A stretch of 64,000 bases of DNA, taken from the NCBI RefSeq assembly GCF_004010195.1, contig NC_057719.1:65537634-65601633 (forward strand), given 5' to 3'. A program made the position numbers and the translations under genes. Source of the DNA: Chiloscyllium plagiosum. Lineage: Eukaryota. Of this stretch, positions 50,641 to 62,584 are shown one piece after another (positions within the stretch are counted from its first letter, which is position 1; each line of letters starts with the position of its first letter). The notes below the pieces were generated by a model, which did not search any database, had not been told where the DNA came from, and saw only the letters and a program-made list of their open reading frames with translations.

Positions 50641-52797
50641 CTAAACAAAAGCCCTAATTAATATGGCGGACAGAAATCTGCTTCTAAATAGTTCAGCAAT
50701 GCCACTACATCTTATAGAAAAGTTCTGTTTTCTGGTGCACCATGTTTGTAAGGAAGTTCACCGGGGTGTGTTCCATAACTAATTTACGGCATCCCGGTAG
50801 ACCCGGGGGGTTTCTCCGATATCTAACTCATCAAGATGGGTGAGAATGTTAAATAACCTTTTCCCATACTCATCGAAGGAAGGCAAATTTGGCAGGCCCA
50901 TGAGAAGGGAGACTGGATCTACCTTATCTTCAGTCCCCAGGACCCTGCCTATGACTCCTGCCATGGCACCCCAGTATTTTCAAGGCTTGTGGCATGACCA
51001 CAAACAGTGAGTAAGCATACCGCACCTATTTTGCACTTGGGACACATTAGAGATGCTCCCTTTTTGAATTTTGCAAACCAATCTGGAGCTAGATAAACTC
51101 TGCCAAGGACCTTCAGCAGGATAGCATGCATTCTGCTGCAAATCGAGATCTTTCTCATGTTCACCCAATGTCCTCCCGTATCTCTGAAAGGATCTCCACT
51201 TCCAACTCTTGCTCCCAGACCCCACTTAGTCGCTCGATATCTTTAGAGGTGCCACATCCCAATAAGTGGTAAAGGGTGTTAATCAAGAGAGTGCCTGTAG
51301 TCTGAAGCACTCTCCTCTGCATCAGATCTATAAGGGTTGATCAAAAGCGTAGTGTTTTTTTGGATAGTAACAATAGAGGTCTCTGCTGGGCAATCCATAC
51401 TTGTGACTCACTTGGTTGAAGGACATTATGACCTCTCCCTCAAATAAGTCTCTCAAACAGGAGACTCCCCTGGACACCCATAACTTATATCCAGAGTCTA
51501 TCAACCTTGGTCAAAATCCTGGCATTCCAACTACAGGAGTGAGAAAGGAGGTTTTAGATGAACTGCCTTCGCTTTGTCGCATTGCTCTCCGCGCTTTAAC
51601 CGTATTGATGATGATTGGATTCCAACAGTACTCCATGACTGTCCTCATCTTATCCATGAATAACAGATTAATAAAGGGACATTTCACCTGGGAGGCCTCG
51701 ATATCCAACCATATTGACCTCAGATTCTCACAAGCCCAATCATTCACAAAGGATAGAAGAGAACTTATTTGATATTTCTTAATATCTGGATAGTCTATTC
51801 CTGCATTCCCTGGGGAAATTGCAATTTGATGAGTTAATGAGAGTCCGCCTGTGACGCCAAATAAAAGAACCTAGCCTGATGTTGAGTCTCTGCAACATTT
51901 GTCTGGGCAACATCAAAATGAGCATTCGCATGGGATATAATAGGTGAAGAAGAACATTCATTTTAATAAAGGCTACTTGACCTAGCCAAGATATTGGAAG
52001 GATCCCCCCACCACGGAAGATCTTGTCTTATCAAGCAAGTGCGCAAAATTAGCCTTATATAACTGGTCAAAGGTGGGAGTAACAAAAATATCGAGGTAAA
52101 GGAAACCTCCCTGCGACCATTTGAAGGAGAATTGGATTTCACCTTTGATACCAGGTATTCCCTCAAGCCCCCCCATGGACATAGTCTCCACCTTTGTAAA
52201 ATTGATCTTATATTGCAAGAAAGAGCTAAATGAATTAATGCATTGTATGAAATGGGCCACAGAAACTGCCAGATTTGATAAGAAGAGGAGAACATCATCT
52301 GAATATAATATAACCTTATGCGCCCTGGACCCCACCTTCTGGGGCAGCTATATCGGGGTACCTCCGCCAGTGGCTCAATCACCAGCGTAAAGAGGTGAGA
52401 GGTGACAGCCTTTTTGGCTGCCCCTACCGATACTCAAACTACTGGATCTTAGAGCATTGGTAAGGACTACTATCATAGGATCACTAAATAGAACCTCTAC
52501 CTATCTGGTAAAGACCCAACCCAAATCAAACCACTCCAAAATATAAAAACGATACCGCCACTCCACCCGGTCAAATGCCCTCTCTGCGTCTAGGGAGATC
52601 ACCAAACCCAAAACCGATCTATGCTGACACACCTGGACCATATTCAATAATCTTCTAATATTATTAGAGGCCCTACGGCCCTTGTTAAAATCTGTCTGGT
52701 CCTTCTTTCTAAGACTTGAAAGTACTTTTGTTCTCTAAATCAATGAGTGACTCCCCTTAATACTCCAGGTGCACTATTTAAACAAACATTTAGCCAT
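50641..52797 (-). pseudogene. L1-A ORF2, disrupted, endonuclease largely deleted
   Basis: MAKCLFK*CTWSIKGSHS then jumps to KDQT; ISLDAERAFDRVEW, ILYSDDVLLFL, CPKC...THCLWSC. Confidence 0.88.
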
Positions 52798-53295
52798 ACC
52801 CATCGAAAACAGCCTTTGAACCCCTGAGAGGAAGAATCTATTCACAATGCACTGAGTGTAAGCAATTAAAGACCCAGAGACACTAAAAAATCCATACACT
52901 AAAACTATCAAAATAAAACTTTTAATAACAACACCTATAATAATCCAGTACATTAAACATATGATGGGAGATTTTCCCCTCTGCCCATAGGGGGCACTTA
53001 CACTACCCACATACAGTTCCATGGCTCCTACTATCTGAAGCAGCACCCCAAATTCAGGCAAAGAATAAAAGACGCAGAAATTTTTCAAACACAAGAATTA
53101 AAAGTGGACATTCCACCTATCCCACCCATACATTGACCTTAATTACTGCTGGAAAAAAAAACTGACAATACTTTCTGGAACATAATTATAAAGAGAAAAA
53201 TGAGGAAAAGAAAAAAAGAGGGAAAAATAAATATAAAGGGGACAATATAAGGGGAGAGAAATGACAACCGTTGTTGTCCATGTTACTTGAACAAT

Positions 53296-54151
53296 TCAGT
53301 CTATTTTGAGGTGTCCAAAAAGTTCTTTGCTTTTTTCCGATGAGTAAAATACATGTATGGACCCTTTTTGGTTAAAATGGAGAATAACCGGGTACCTTAT
53401 AGAGTACAGATCCCTTAATTTCTTCTTTATCTCATCGAAGGTCTCTCTCTTGTGGATCATGTCTGCAGAAAAGTATTGAAAAAGAATAATCTCGAATCTC
53501 TTGTAAATCAGGGCTTGTGGATCCTTCCCCAATGAATTGGAAGCTTTGAACACCTTTCGTTTGTCCATATAGGACTGGAATTGCACTCGGACTGGACGGG
53601 GCACTGGTCCGAGCCAGGCCTGCGCACCACAACCCAGTGAGCTCTCTTGATCTGCACCCCGCCTGCCTCAGCCTCCCAGCCCAGGAAGTGCGGCAGGCAT
53701 TATTCAAAAAAACTGACTAGCTGCTCACCTTCTTCTTGCTCCGGCAATCCAATCACACGTTTTTGCCTCGTCCTTGATTTTTGAGGTTGCCGATCTGCTC
53801 CACTAAGGCCCGTACATTCTTCTTCAGGGCCTGGATCCATCCCGCCAAGGATTCAGCCGCGATCTCTGCTGCTGCAGTCCGATGCTCGACCTCTTCCATG
53901 CGCACCCCGAGACTCTGCATCTCCTGCTCATGCTTTTGCAGCATGGCCGAGATCGGTTCCGGCCTGGTGCGGTCTCTTCCATTGCTGCCTCGATATTTTA
54001 CTGGAGTTTCACAAACTCGAAGCCAGGCTCTGCTGAGCAGGTAAGTCCAACAGGGTTTCCACGAAGGCCGAGGCTGTGGCCGTGGGTGTGTCCGTTGCTG
54101 CAGGGGAATGCCCTGCTTGTTGTGATCCACACGGCCCTTTGCCTTAGTCAT
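53296..54151 (-). pseudogene. L1-A ORF1, frameshifted
   Basis: Coiled coil MLQKHEQEMQSL, LKNQGRGKNV, PRPVRVQF, YSIRYPVIL. Confidence 0.85.
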
Positions 54152-54210
54152 CTTTCCTGATCATAAAAAGGATATGTAATGATTCTATTAGCTTAAAACT
54201 ACAGGGGGAT

Positions 54211-54220
54211 CCAAGATGGC
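54211..54220 (+). promoter_or_regulatory. YY1-type motif at L1 5' end
   Basis: CCAAGATGGC a few bases after the G-run start, as in mammalian L1; counterpart CAAGATGGTGGC in L1-A. Confidence 0.6.
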
Positions 54221-54400
54221 AGCAATCTAGGAAGATCGCGTTGCGGAGCTCTGCACCGTTGCACAAGCGAGATGAAGTTTTTACCTGCTCTACTCAGACC
54301 ACAGCAATATCCTGGGACTCTGCAAGGTTGTGGAGTCCCAGGAAACTGTCAGAGAGCAACTTACATTCAGCATCCCTGGATGGGTTCTCGCCATCCAGGG

Positions 54401-55216
54401 ATGCTGAAGAAGAGAAGGGGTACGCCCGAGGCCTGACCCACATCCCAGCCTGCAGGATCCTTGGACTTGATTTCCTACCAGGCCCTGGTAAAGGAGCTTG
54501 TGAAATCTCGCAAGATGTTAAACAAGCAGAAGGAGGAGAACTTGGCTCCAATCACTATCATGCTGCAGAAGCATGAACAGCAGCTGAGAGACCCAGACAA
54601 AAGGACGGATGAGGTAGAACACAGAGTGACAGTGGTGGAAGCTGATAGTAGTTACACCAAGGGGAGGATCCAGGCCCTGGAGACACAGGTCTGTAATTTG
54701 CTTGACCAGGTTGATGACCTCAAGAATAGGGGCAGGAAAGAAAATATTCGGGTCGTCAGTCTGACGGAGGGTAAGGAAGGTGAGCCACCAATGGAATTTG
54801 TTGAGGGCTGGTTGCCGAAATTCCTTAACTTGGAGGCTGGAATGAGAGGCTTGAAGATTGAGAGGGCTCACCAGGTCACGACGCGGAAGTCAGGTCTGGA
54901 CCAATGTCCTCATCATGTATTGGTACGGCTTCATCATTATTGAGATTAGGACAGAATCGTGGAAGCTTCCAGAATCCAGGGTAAGGATCCAAAGGCCCAA
55001 GTTTACGAGGGCTCTAAGATCATGTTCTTCCATGACTTCTCAGCGACAATGATCCGGAAAAGAAAATACTATGACATGGTCAAGAAAAGACTGAGGGAGC
55101 TCGGGATCCAGTACTCTCTGAGGTATTCAGTGATGCTTCGGATCATCTTCGATGGATCTGTACATCTCTTTGACATGTCAAAGAAGACAAAAGACTTTAT
55201 GGACAAATTAACTTAA
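54401..55216 (+). pseudogene. L1-B ORF1, single frame with in-frame stops
   Basis: ATG 54401; DDLKNRGRKENIRVVSLTEGKE, IERAHQ, IMFFHDFS, YSLRY. Confidence 0.9.
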
Positions 55217-55856
55217 TCTGAACAATTTAGTATGTACAAAGTGTAGTCTTGTTTGGGTATGTCTTTGTTTTTTTCTTTAAAAAGAAGTCTGGTCGGGGCT
55301 TTCTTTTCCTTTTTTTATTGATAACAATCTGGTCTAAACCATGCCTGGGGATGGTTGGCATGTGTACTTTCAATTTCTGAGTTAAGTTATACCAAAGCAT
55401 GGGTGGGGTGCTTACCTTTTTTGGTCAAAATCAATCTCTTCACATTGTTATTTCATGTTGTGATTTCTTTCTTTTCTGCTTGCATTTGTGGTGTGGCTCT
55501 AGGTGCAGGAGGGAAAATGGTTGGGATAACAAGATGTCTACTTAGCGGCAGTTTAGGCCTGGTTCAGGTATTTCAATGCCCTGGCTGCAGCATTGGCAGT
55601 GGGATGGGAAATTGGGATTTGGGACGCGTGGTTGCCCCCTGTGGGGCAGGAGTGAGTTCCCCTTTTCAGCACCATTGGTGCTTTTTGTGTTGGTTTCTTT
55701 TTTGGTTTTTGTTGCATATACTCTTTGATAGCTTTGTCGGTCTGTTATCTGTAGTTTATGTGGCTTTTACATTTGATGGATCTTGCAATACTAAGGCTTG
55801 GCAATTTGTGGTTCGAGTTCCTTGTCTCTGGAATCTAAATGTTACTGCAGAAGGTT

Positions 55857-58800
55857 TTGGCTAATAACTTGATTAAATGGTGTACCTGGAACATCAAGGG
55901 GAGTCACTCACCAATTAAAAGGAAAAAGGTACTCTCGAATCTTAGAAAGGAAAAGGTACTGGATTATAGGGAGCATTTTAACTACTGCAGAATAACTTTA
56001 ATTGGGTTTACTTTTCATCCTTTAATACCAGAAGTAGGGGAGTGGCTATATTGGTCAGGAAGAATCGCCCATTTAAGTTACTAGAATGTATTAAAGACAC
56101 ACATGGGAGGTTTGTAATCCTCAAAACCCTGATAAACAGGAAAGAATATGGTGCTTTAAATGTTTACTCCCTCCAGCCCATCCCCTCAAATTTCGGGTAG
56201 ATGTGTTCTCTAAATTGATCAGTCTCGAGTCCCGGCATATCATTATAGGGGGAGATTTTAATTGTCATGGTAGACAGGTTGGCCAAAGGCCACCCCGATA
56301 CCCTCTGTACAAATTAAATAATTAATGGATCTGTGTGTGGAGTTAGGGTTGATGGACGTCTGGAGGCATCTCCATCCTACAGGCAGGGATTTTATGGGTT
56401 TTTTTTCCAATCCACACAGATGTCACAACAGGATTGATTTTTTTTATGACCCTCGTGGCAACCCTGGACTTGGTGGCATTTTGTACGATTGGTAATATTA
56501 CCATCTCCGATCACGCTCCAGTGTACCTCTTGGTTAAGATTAAGGACGCTATAGTTGGCCCGAGGCACTGGTGAATGGATCCCTTTATCCTTAAGGATAA
56601 TAAGTTGGTGGAGTACTTCTCTAAGAAATTTGGGGTGTTCCCAGACATTAATTCAGGCCTGGTTAGTAGCTCGTCGTCCTTTAGGAAACTGCCAAAGCCC
56701 ATGCCAGGGGGTTAGTTATCTCCTACTCTGCCATAGGAAGTGGCAGAAGGGTGAGCAGCAACATCTCCTTGAAGCACGGTCGAAGACAGCCGAAAAGGCT
56801 TACTTTGACAGGCCCTCATTGGTCAAACTACAGAGGATTACGACGCTGTGGTCTGCATTGAACTCCATGCTCACGCAGACAGCAAAGAAGGAGCTTAGTT
56901 TTGCAAAACAAAGGTTGTATGATCATGGTGACAAATTGAGCATGTACCTAGTGTATCTCGCCAGGAAAAGGAGCATCCCTCAAGCCATTATGTCGATTAG
57001 GGAAGGGTCTAGGAACCTAACATTTGATTCTAAAAAGATTAGTGCGGCATTCCAGATATATTACTCTGAATTATATCAATCTGAGGCTTGTGAGGAGGGG
57101 TGGGCCAAGAGGGGGTCCTTTTTCAAGGACCTGGATCTCCCAGGCGTGACCCCTGAACAAGAGTCTTTTCTTAATGCTCCCTTATCAGAGCAAGAGGTGC
57201 AGGAAGCTGTGAGGTAGGTTGGAAGTGGAAAGGTGCTCTTCCTGGTGGATTTCCCAGTGAATTCTATAAGAAATTTATAAACATATTGTCAGGCCTGATT
57301 TTCAATATGTCCAATGTCGTACAGTCTAGCAGAGGCCAATTATTCTTAAAAAAGGAAGTTCCCGGAGGACTGTGCTTCTTACAGACCCATTTCACTTTTA
57401 AATGTTGATTTTTAAAATCCTAAGACTCTTGTGTTAAGGCTGGAAACTGTGTAATCTTTTATTGTTAAAGAGGACCAGACAGGCTTCATAACAGGCCATA
57501 TAAAGGAGGCTGCTTAATGTAATTCAAGCGTGTCAACAACAGTCAATACAGGGATTGATGATTTCTCTAGATGCAGAGAAGGCTTTGACCGAGTTGAGTG
57601 GCTGTACCTTTTTTACACTCTGGAGCGGTTTGGCTTGAGTGAAGCCTTTATAAGATGGGTAAAGGATCTCTACAGTGACCCTCTCGCTGCAGTCATCACC
57701 AATGGGGTATGATCAAGCAATTTTAACATTTGTAGGGACAACCGTCAGGGCTGTCCCCTTTCACCATTGCTTTTTACATTGGTGATTGAACCATTGGCAG
57801 AGGCCATTTGTGGGGATCCCAATATATCGGCTCCAGAAGTGGGGTCAAATCTACATAAGATTTTGTTGTACACAGAAGAGGTCCTCTTTTTTTGGTCAAA
57901 GCCAGCAGTTTCGGTACCTCGCCCGATATAATGCATCAGCTCGTTTGGCACCTTTTCGGGGTACAAGATTAATTTTGCAAAATTGGAGGTTATGCCTATG
58001 TGGGGGGGGTGGTGGTCTTATGAAGGTGCGAGGTCTTGAGGGCGAATATCAATTTGCATTTAAGTGGTCACAGGGGTGTTTTGTGTATTTGGGCATATTC
58101 ATCACACCAGTTCTGGATTGGTTGTTTAAAGCTAATTTTGTTCAATTATTTGCCAAAATCAAGCAAGACCTTCAAAGATGGGTGGCGTTTCCGGTCTCAT
58201 GGTTGAGTCAGATAGCTCTTATTAAGATGAATATTCTCCCCTGTTTGTTGTACCCTGTACGGATAATCCGCCTGATTTTCGATTAGCAAACATTCAGGAG
58301 ACTGAAAGGCCGGTTCAGCTCTTTTATTTGGCATCGTAAGCAGCCCCTTATTAAATTAGCTAAACTGCAACTGCCTCACAGACTGTGGAGAGTGGATCTC
58401 CCAGACATTAAAAACTATCAACTCGATCACTTTTATCTTACATGTGTGATTGGGCTTTTGGGGACCATTTTTCAATATGGCTAAATATCAAAACCTCTCA
58501 GGCAAAGTGCCCCCTTACTAGTCTGCTGTTTTTGGGCAAAATGAGGACAGTTAAGGAATATTGCTATTGCCCAACAGTTATCAATACTGTTAAAGCATGG
58601 AGGGCAATTTGGCAGAAGGAGGGCAATATTGGCAAAACATCTTCTCTTACACCTATAGTGGGTATGCCGGGTTTTCAACCAGGGATGATGGTCTCAGAAT
58701 TCAAACACTGGGCAGCTAGGGGTGTGTCTTGCATGAGTGGTTTATTTGAGGGAGACACAATAATGTCCTTTGATCAGTTAGTGCAGAAATGTGAGCTATC

Positions 58801-59587
58801 TAGCAGGGATCTCTTTTGTTTATTTTTCAAGTTAGGGATTTTATTCAAAAGAAAACTACACTTTTGACTGATCCCTACAAATCTGACATAGAGAGTTTGG
58901 TGTTCAGTGCTAAGAGTACACTTTCTGTCAGCACTTTATATCATCAATTGGGGGTCGCCCTCTCAGATGAGTTCAATCAACTTTGCAGGGTGTGGGAGAG
59001 AGAGCTAGGTGTTGAGGTCTCCTCAGAGGCACGCGAAGATATTTGGGAAAAAGCAAGAAAGATATCAATTTGCAATAGGACCCTTGCTTTATAGTTGAAG
59101 ATTCTTCACAGGGTCCATTTTGCTCCTGATCATTTGTCTAAATTTAAACCAGGAGTATCTTCAACATGTCCCAAGTGCAAGGTCGGTATGGGCACTCTTA
59201 CCCATTGTCTCTGGTCCTGTGATAGGCTTCAAACATACTGGAGTGCTGAGGCAGGTGCAATGGAGGGGACTTTGGGTGTAAGGGTGGGAGAAGGACCCGA
59301 TCTGTCTTCTTATTAGCCTGCCCAGTGTATTCCCTGTAGATGGATATAAGAAAAAACCTTTTCAACATCCTCACTTTCTGAACAAGGAAGAATATCTTGT
59401 TAAGTTGGGTGACTGAAAATCACCCGGGCTTGTCGGGTTGCGTAAGATTGTTATGGAGCATATCCCCTTGGATTTTCTTACAATTATGATACACCCCAAA
59501 ACTGAGGATTTCTATAAGACATGATGGCCCTTTTTGGAATACCTGGACACAGATTTATCTGCCACACTAATAAGAGTTTTTATTTAG
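55857..59587 (+). pseudogene. L1-B ORF2 (APE endonuclease, RT, CCHC), disrupted
   Basis: TWNIKG, IIGGDFN, DVWR, ISDHAP, YRPISLLNVD, QGCPLSPLLF, YLGI, CPKC...THCLWSC. Confidence 0.92.
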
Positions 59588-61774
59588 CCGTAACGATTGT
59601 ACTTTACGAATCCAATGTCTAGAAAGGGGGAACTGCGAGTGTATGAATATGTGAAAAGTAGTACTCTCGCTATTCGAGAGTTAGTGTTTTGTTCTGCTGA
59701 GCTGTATTGTTATTGTTTATTAGTTTGTTGTTAATTATTATTTATTTAGTTAAGTAGTTAGTTGGATTTTTAAAATGTATTTTTATATATTTATACATTT
59801 GTACATGAGGGCAGTTTGGATTTTTCGAAGTGTTTTTTTGGTGTTCTTCATTTGTATTGTTTTGAATTGTATTGCTTTGTATTTGTTGTAATGTTACAAA
59901 ATCTATTTTTCAATAAACACATATTTTAAAAATAACTACTGATTTTTTTTCCAGAACGACTGAGATGTGGAGGGTAAAAGTACCACTTTGCCTGGATTAT
60001 GGTGCAGAGCTCAGCAAAGCAGACCTGTTAGATTGCCACCATCTTGAATCTCCCCTTGCAGCCCTTCTTGAATAATGGCACAACATTTGCGACCCTCCAG
60101 TCCTCTGGGACCTCAGCCCCGTGGTTAACGAAGACGCAATAATATCTGTCAGGGCCCCCCCGCAATTTCTTCTGTCACCTCTTGCAGTGTTCTTGTTTTT
60201 ATCTGGTTAGGACTAGATTTATCCACCTTATATATTATAATGCATCCAACATCTCCTCTACTGTGATATGGACTGTTCCCAAGATATCACCACTAAATTC
60301 CCCAAGTTCCCAAGTCTCCATGTCTTTCACCCATCTCTTGCTGTTCTACACATACATGTCCACTTTGGTCATTGAGGGCCCTATTCTCTCTCTAGTTTTT
60401 TTTTACCTTTAATGTGCTTATAGTACTTCTTTGGATTCATCATAATCTTCTCAGCCAAGGCTATCTCATGCCCCCTTTTCACCTTCCTGTTTTCCTTCTT
60501 CAGTAAACTCCGTATTCCCTGTATACCTCCAGGGATTCCCTTGATCCCAGCTGCCTATACCTGGGCCATGCCTCCTTCCTTTTTTCTGGTCAAAGCCTCA
60601 ATATCGCTTTGTCATCCAGGGTTCACTATTCCTGCCAACTTTGCCTTTCACCCTCACAGGAACTCATAGATCTTGAACACTAGCTATGTCACTTTTAAAG
60701 GCCTCCCACTTGCCAGAGGTCCCTTTGCCTGTAAACAAACTAATCCAACCAACCCCAAACAAGCTCCTGTCAAATCCCATCAAAATTCACCTTGCTCCAG
60801 TTTAGAACTTGAAGCCGTGAACTAGCTTTCTCCCTCTCCATAACTATTTTAAAATTAACAGAACTATGGTCACTGGTTCTAAAGTGCTCTCCCACTGTCA
60901 CCTCCATCACCAGTCCTGCCCTATTTCCCAAGAGTAGGTCGAGTTTAGTCCTTTCCTGAGTAGGAACCTTTATATACTGCTTGAGGAAACTTTCCTGAAT
61001 TCACTTGGCAAGTTCCACCCCATCTAAGTCCTTAAAACTCTGACAGTCCCAGTCTATGTTAGGAAAATTAAAATCCCCTACTATGACAACTCTATTGCTT
61101 CTGCAAGTCTCCCCAGTCTCCCTGCATATTTGTTTCTCTAATTCCCATTGACTATTTAGGGGCCTCAACAACAATCCCAATAATGTCGCCATTCTTATTT
61201 CTTAGCTCTACCCACAAAGCCTCACTGGATGATCCTTCAGTTATTTCATCTCTGACTACTGCTGTGATATTCACTTTAATCAAAAATGCAACTCCCCATT
61301 CTCTTCTTCCACCATCTCTATCCCACCTAAAACAGCTGTAACCTGGCACATTAAGCTGCCAGTCCCGTCACTCCCTTAGCCATGTTTCTGTAATGGCTCT
61401 AATATCCCAGTCCCACGTACCTAGCCACATCCTGAGTTCAGTGGCCTTACCTGTCAGCCTCCTTGCATTGACATAGATGCAATTTAATCCAAAAGGCATT
61501 CTTTGCTCCCTGCTGTGCTCCAGCCTGACCTATCCCTCAGTGGATAGTGAATGTCTGAAATTCTCCAGCCCAGAGAGCTGTGAAGGATAAATCTCTGAAA
61601 TTAGTTAAAGTGGAAGTAAAAAGATCATTGAAGTATCACAGAGTTGAAAGTTGTGAGGAGTTGGTACACAAGAGGAGTTGAGGCCTGAGGCACATCAACC
61701 ATGATGTTATAGAATGATGGGGTGGGTTCTAGGGGCAGAAAGGGCTATTCCTGCTCCTATTTCTTGCATTCTTA

Positions 61775-61905
61775 CCTGAACTAGCCTACATATGACTACA
61801 GATCCACAGCAATGTCGCAAAATCTTAATTGCCCTCTGAAATGGCCTAGCAAAGATTGGAGATGGCCAACAAATGTTAGCCCACGTCCTGTTAGCAGACA
61901 TGAAT
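61775..61905 (+). mobile_element. SINE 3' part (family of 39760-40126)
   Basis: gcctacatatgactacagatccacagcaatg...ctgaaatggcctagcaa. Confidence 0.65.
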
Positions 61906-62584
61906 AAAATGGCCCCTTTCCTTATATCCTGGAGTCTCCCACAGGAGAAAATAGTGTCTTACTCGACTGAAATCTGTTACCATATAAAGAGTTTGACACC
62001 TGCTGAACTTGTTTCAACAAGTAAACACTGATACTCTGGCTAACACTCCAATTTCTGCATGCTTCCAATCTTGAAGCTAAGCTTGCTATGACTCGATTGA
62101 GTGACACAACTTCAGAAAGCTGCCCTCCTCCCTTTTACTGTACTGGCACAGGGATGTTAACAATTCAACATCTGAGTGAAAGTCAGGGACAAGTGTTAGC
62201 ATTTTGTGTCATGGCGGAAAGAACAGAGAGAAATAAATATGTGCAAGAAGCAACTGCTGTTTGTCATTCAGAGTCTATAGTGCAACATAGGAATGAGGAA
62301 AGGAAAATAAGGAAAGCTGTGAAGAGATCCTAAGTCATTTGGTACTTTGAAAACTCTGCTGACATTGCTAACTATCTTTTTGGATGTTATAACCATGTTC
62401 TGGGAACTAAGCTCCTTATAATAACCTCAGTTATTTCTTCCCATTGGCAACTCAGATGCTACTGAGAGAGCAGGGGTGTCCCTCATCTTGTACACCATCA
62501 GAATTAGGACCCCTGAAGTTCCATCAGGGAAGCTGAGAGCCAAACAACAGATCTTATAGGCTTTGGTCTCATAGGACAAAACAG

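Larger units (their letters stand above)
54204..59933 (+). mobile_element. L1 copy B (innermost), full length about 5.7 kb
   Basis: Starts gggggatccaagatggc; ORF1, spacer, ORF2, T-rich 3' UTR, AATAAA at 59912; aactac flanks both ends (54197-54202, 59934-59939). Confidence 0.93.
50377..60055 (-). mobile_element. L1 copy A (third layer): body 50377-54203, severed 5' end 59934-60055
   Basis: 5' end ggggagattcaagatggtggc; AATAAA and short A tail near 50377-50397; TSD ttgcagccct(c/t)ctt at 50363-50376 and 60056-60069. Confidence 0.9.
48980..61530 (-). mobile_element. CR1 (second layer): 3' part 48980-50376, endonuclease part 60056-61530
   Basis: Tail (gtcctaca)2; LQQDLDQLGIWAEKWQ; endonuclease motifs CIYVNAR, PGYSCFRWDR, EALWVEL, VIVGDFNFPNIDW. 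Confidence 0.9.
47150..61775 (+). mobile_element. Old CR1 (outer layer): body about 47150-48978, 3' end about 61535-61775
   Basis: TPLFKKG, RGKPCLENLLEFFKDMTSRVD, NLEYCVQFW; ggtgtgaaggaattttgttg (48959-48978) resumes as ctcagtggatagtgaatgtctgaaattct (61536), matching the uninterrupted 23848-23900. Confidence 0.8.

Noticed and set aside
55355..55864. 169-aa hydrophobic ORF as a membrane protein or extra L1 ORF
   Set aside because: TTG start, explained by T/G-rich spacer composition, no clear counterpart in L1-A.
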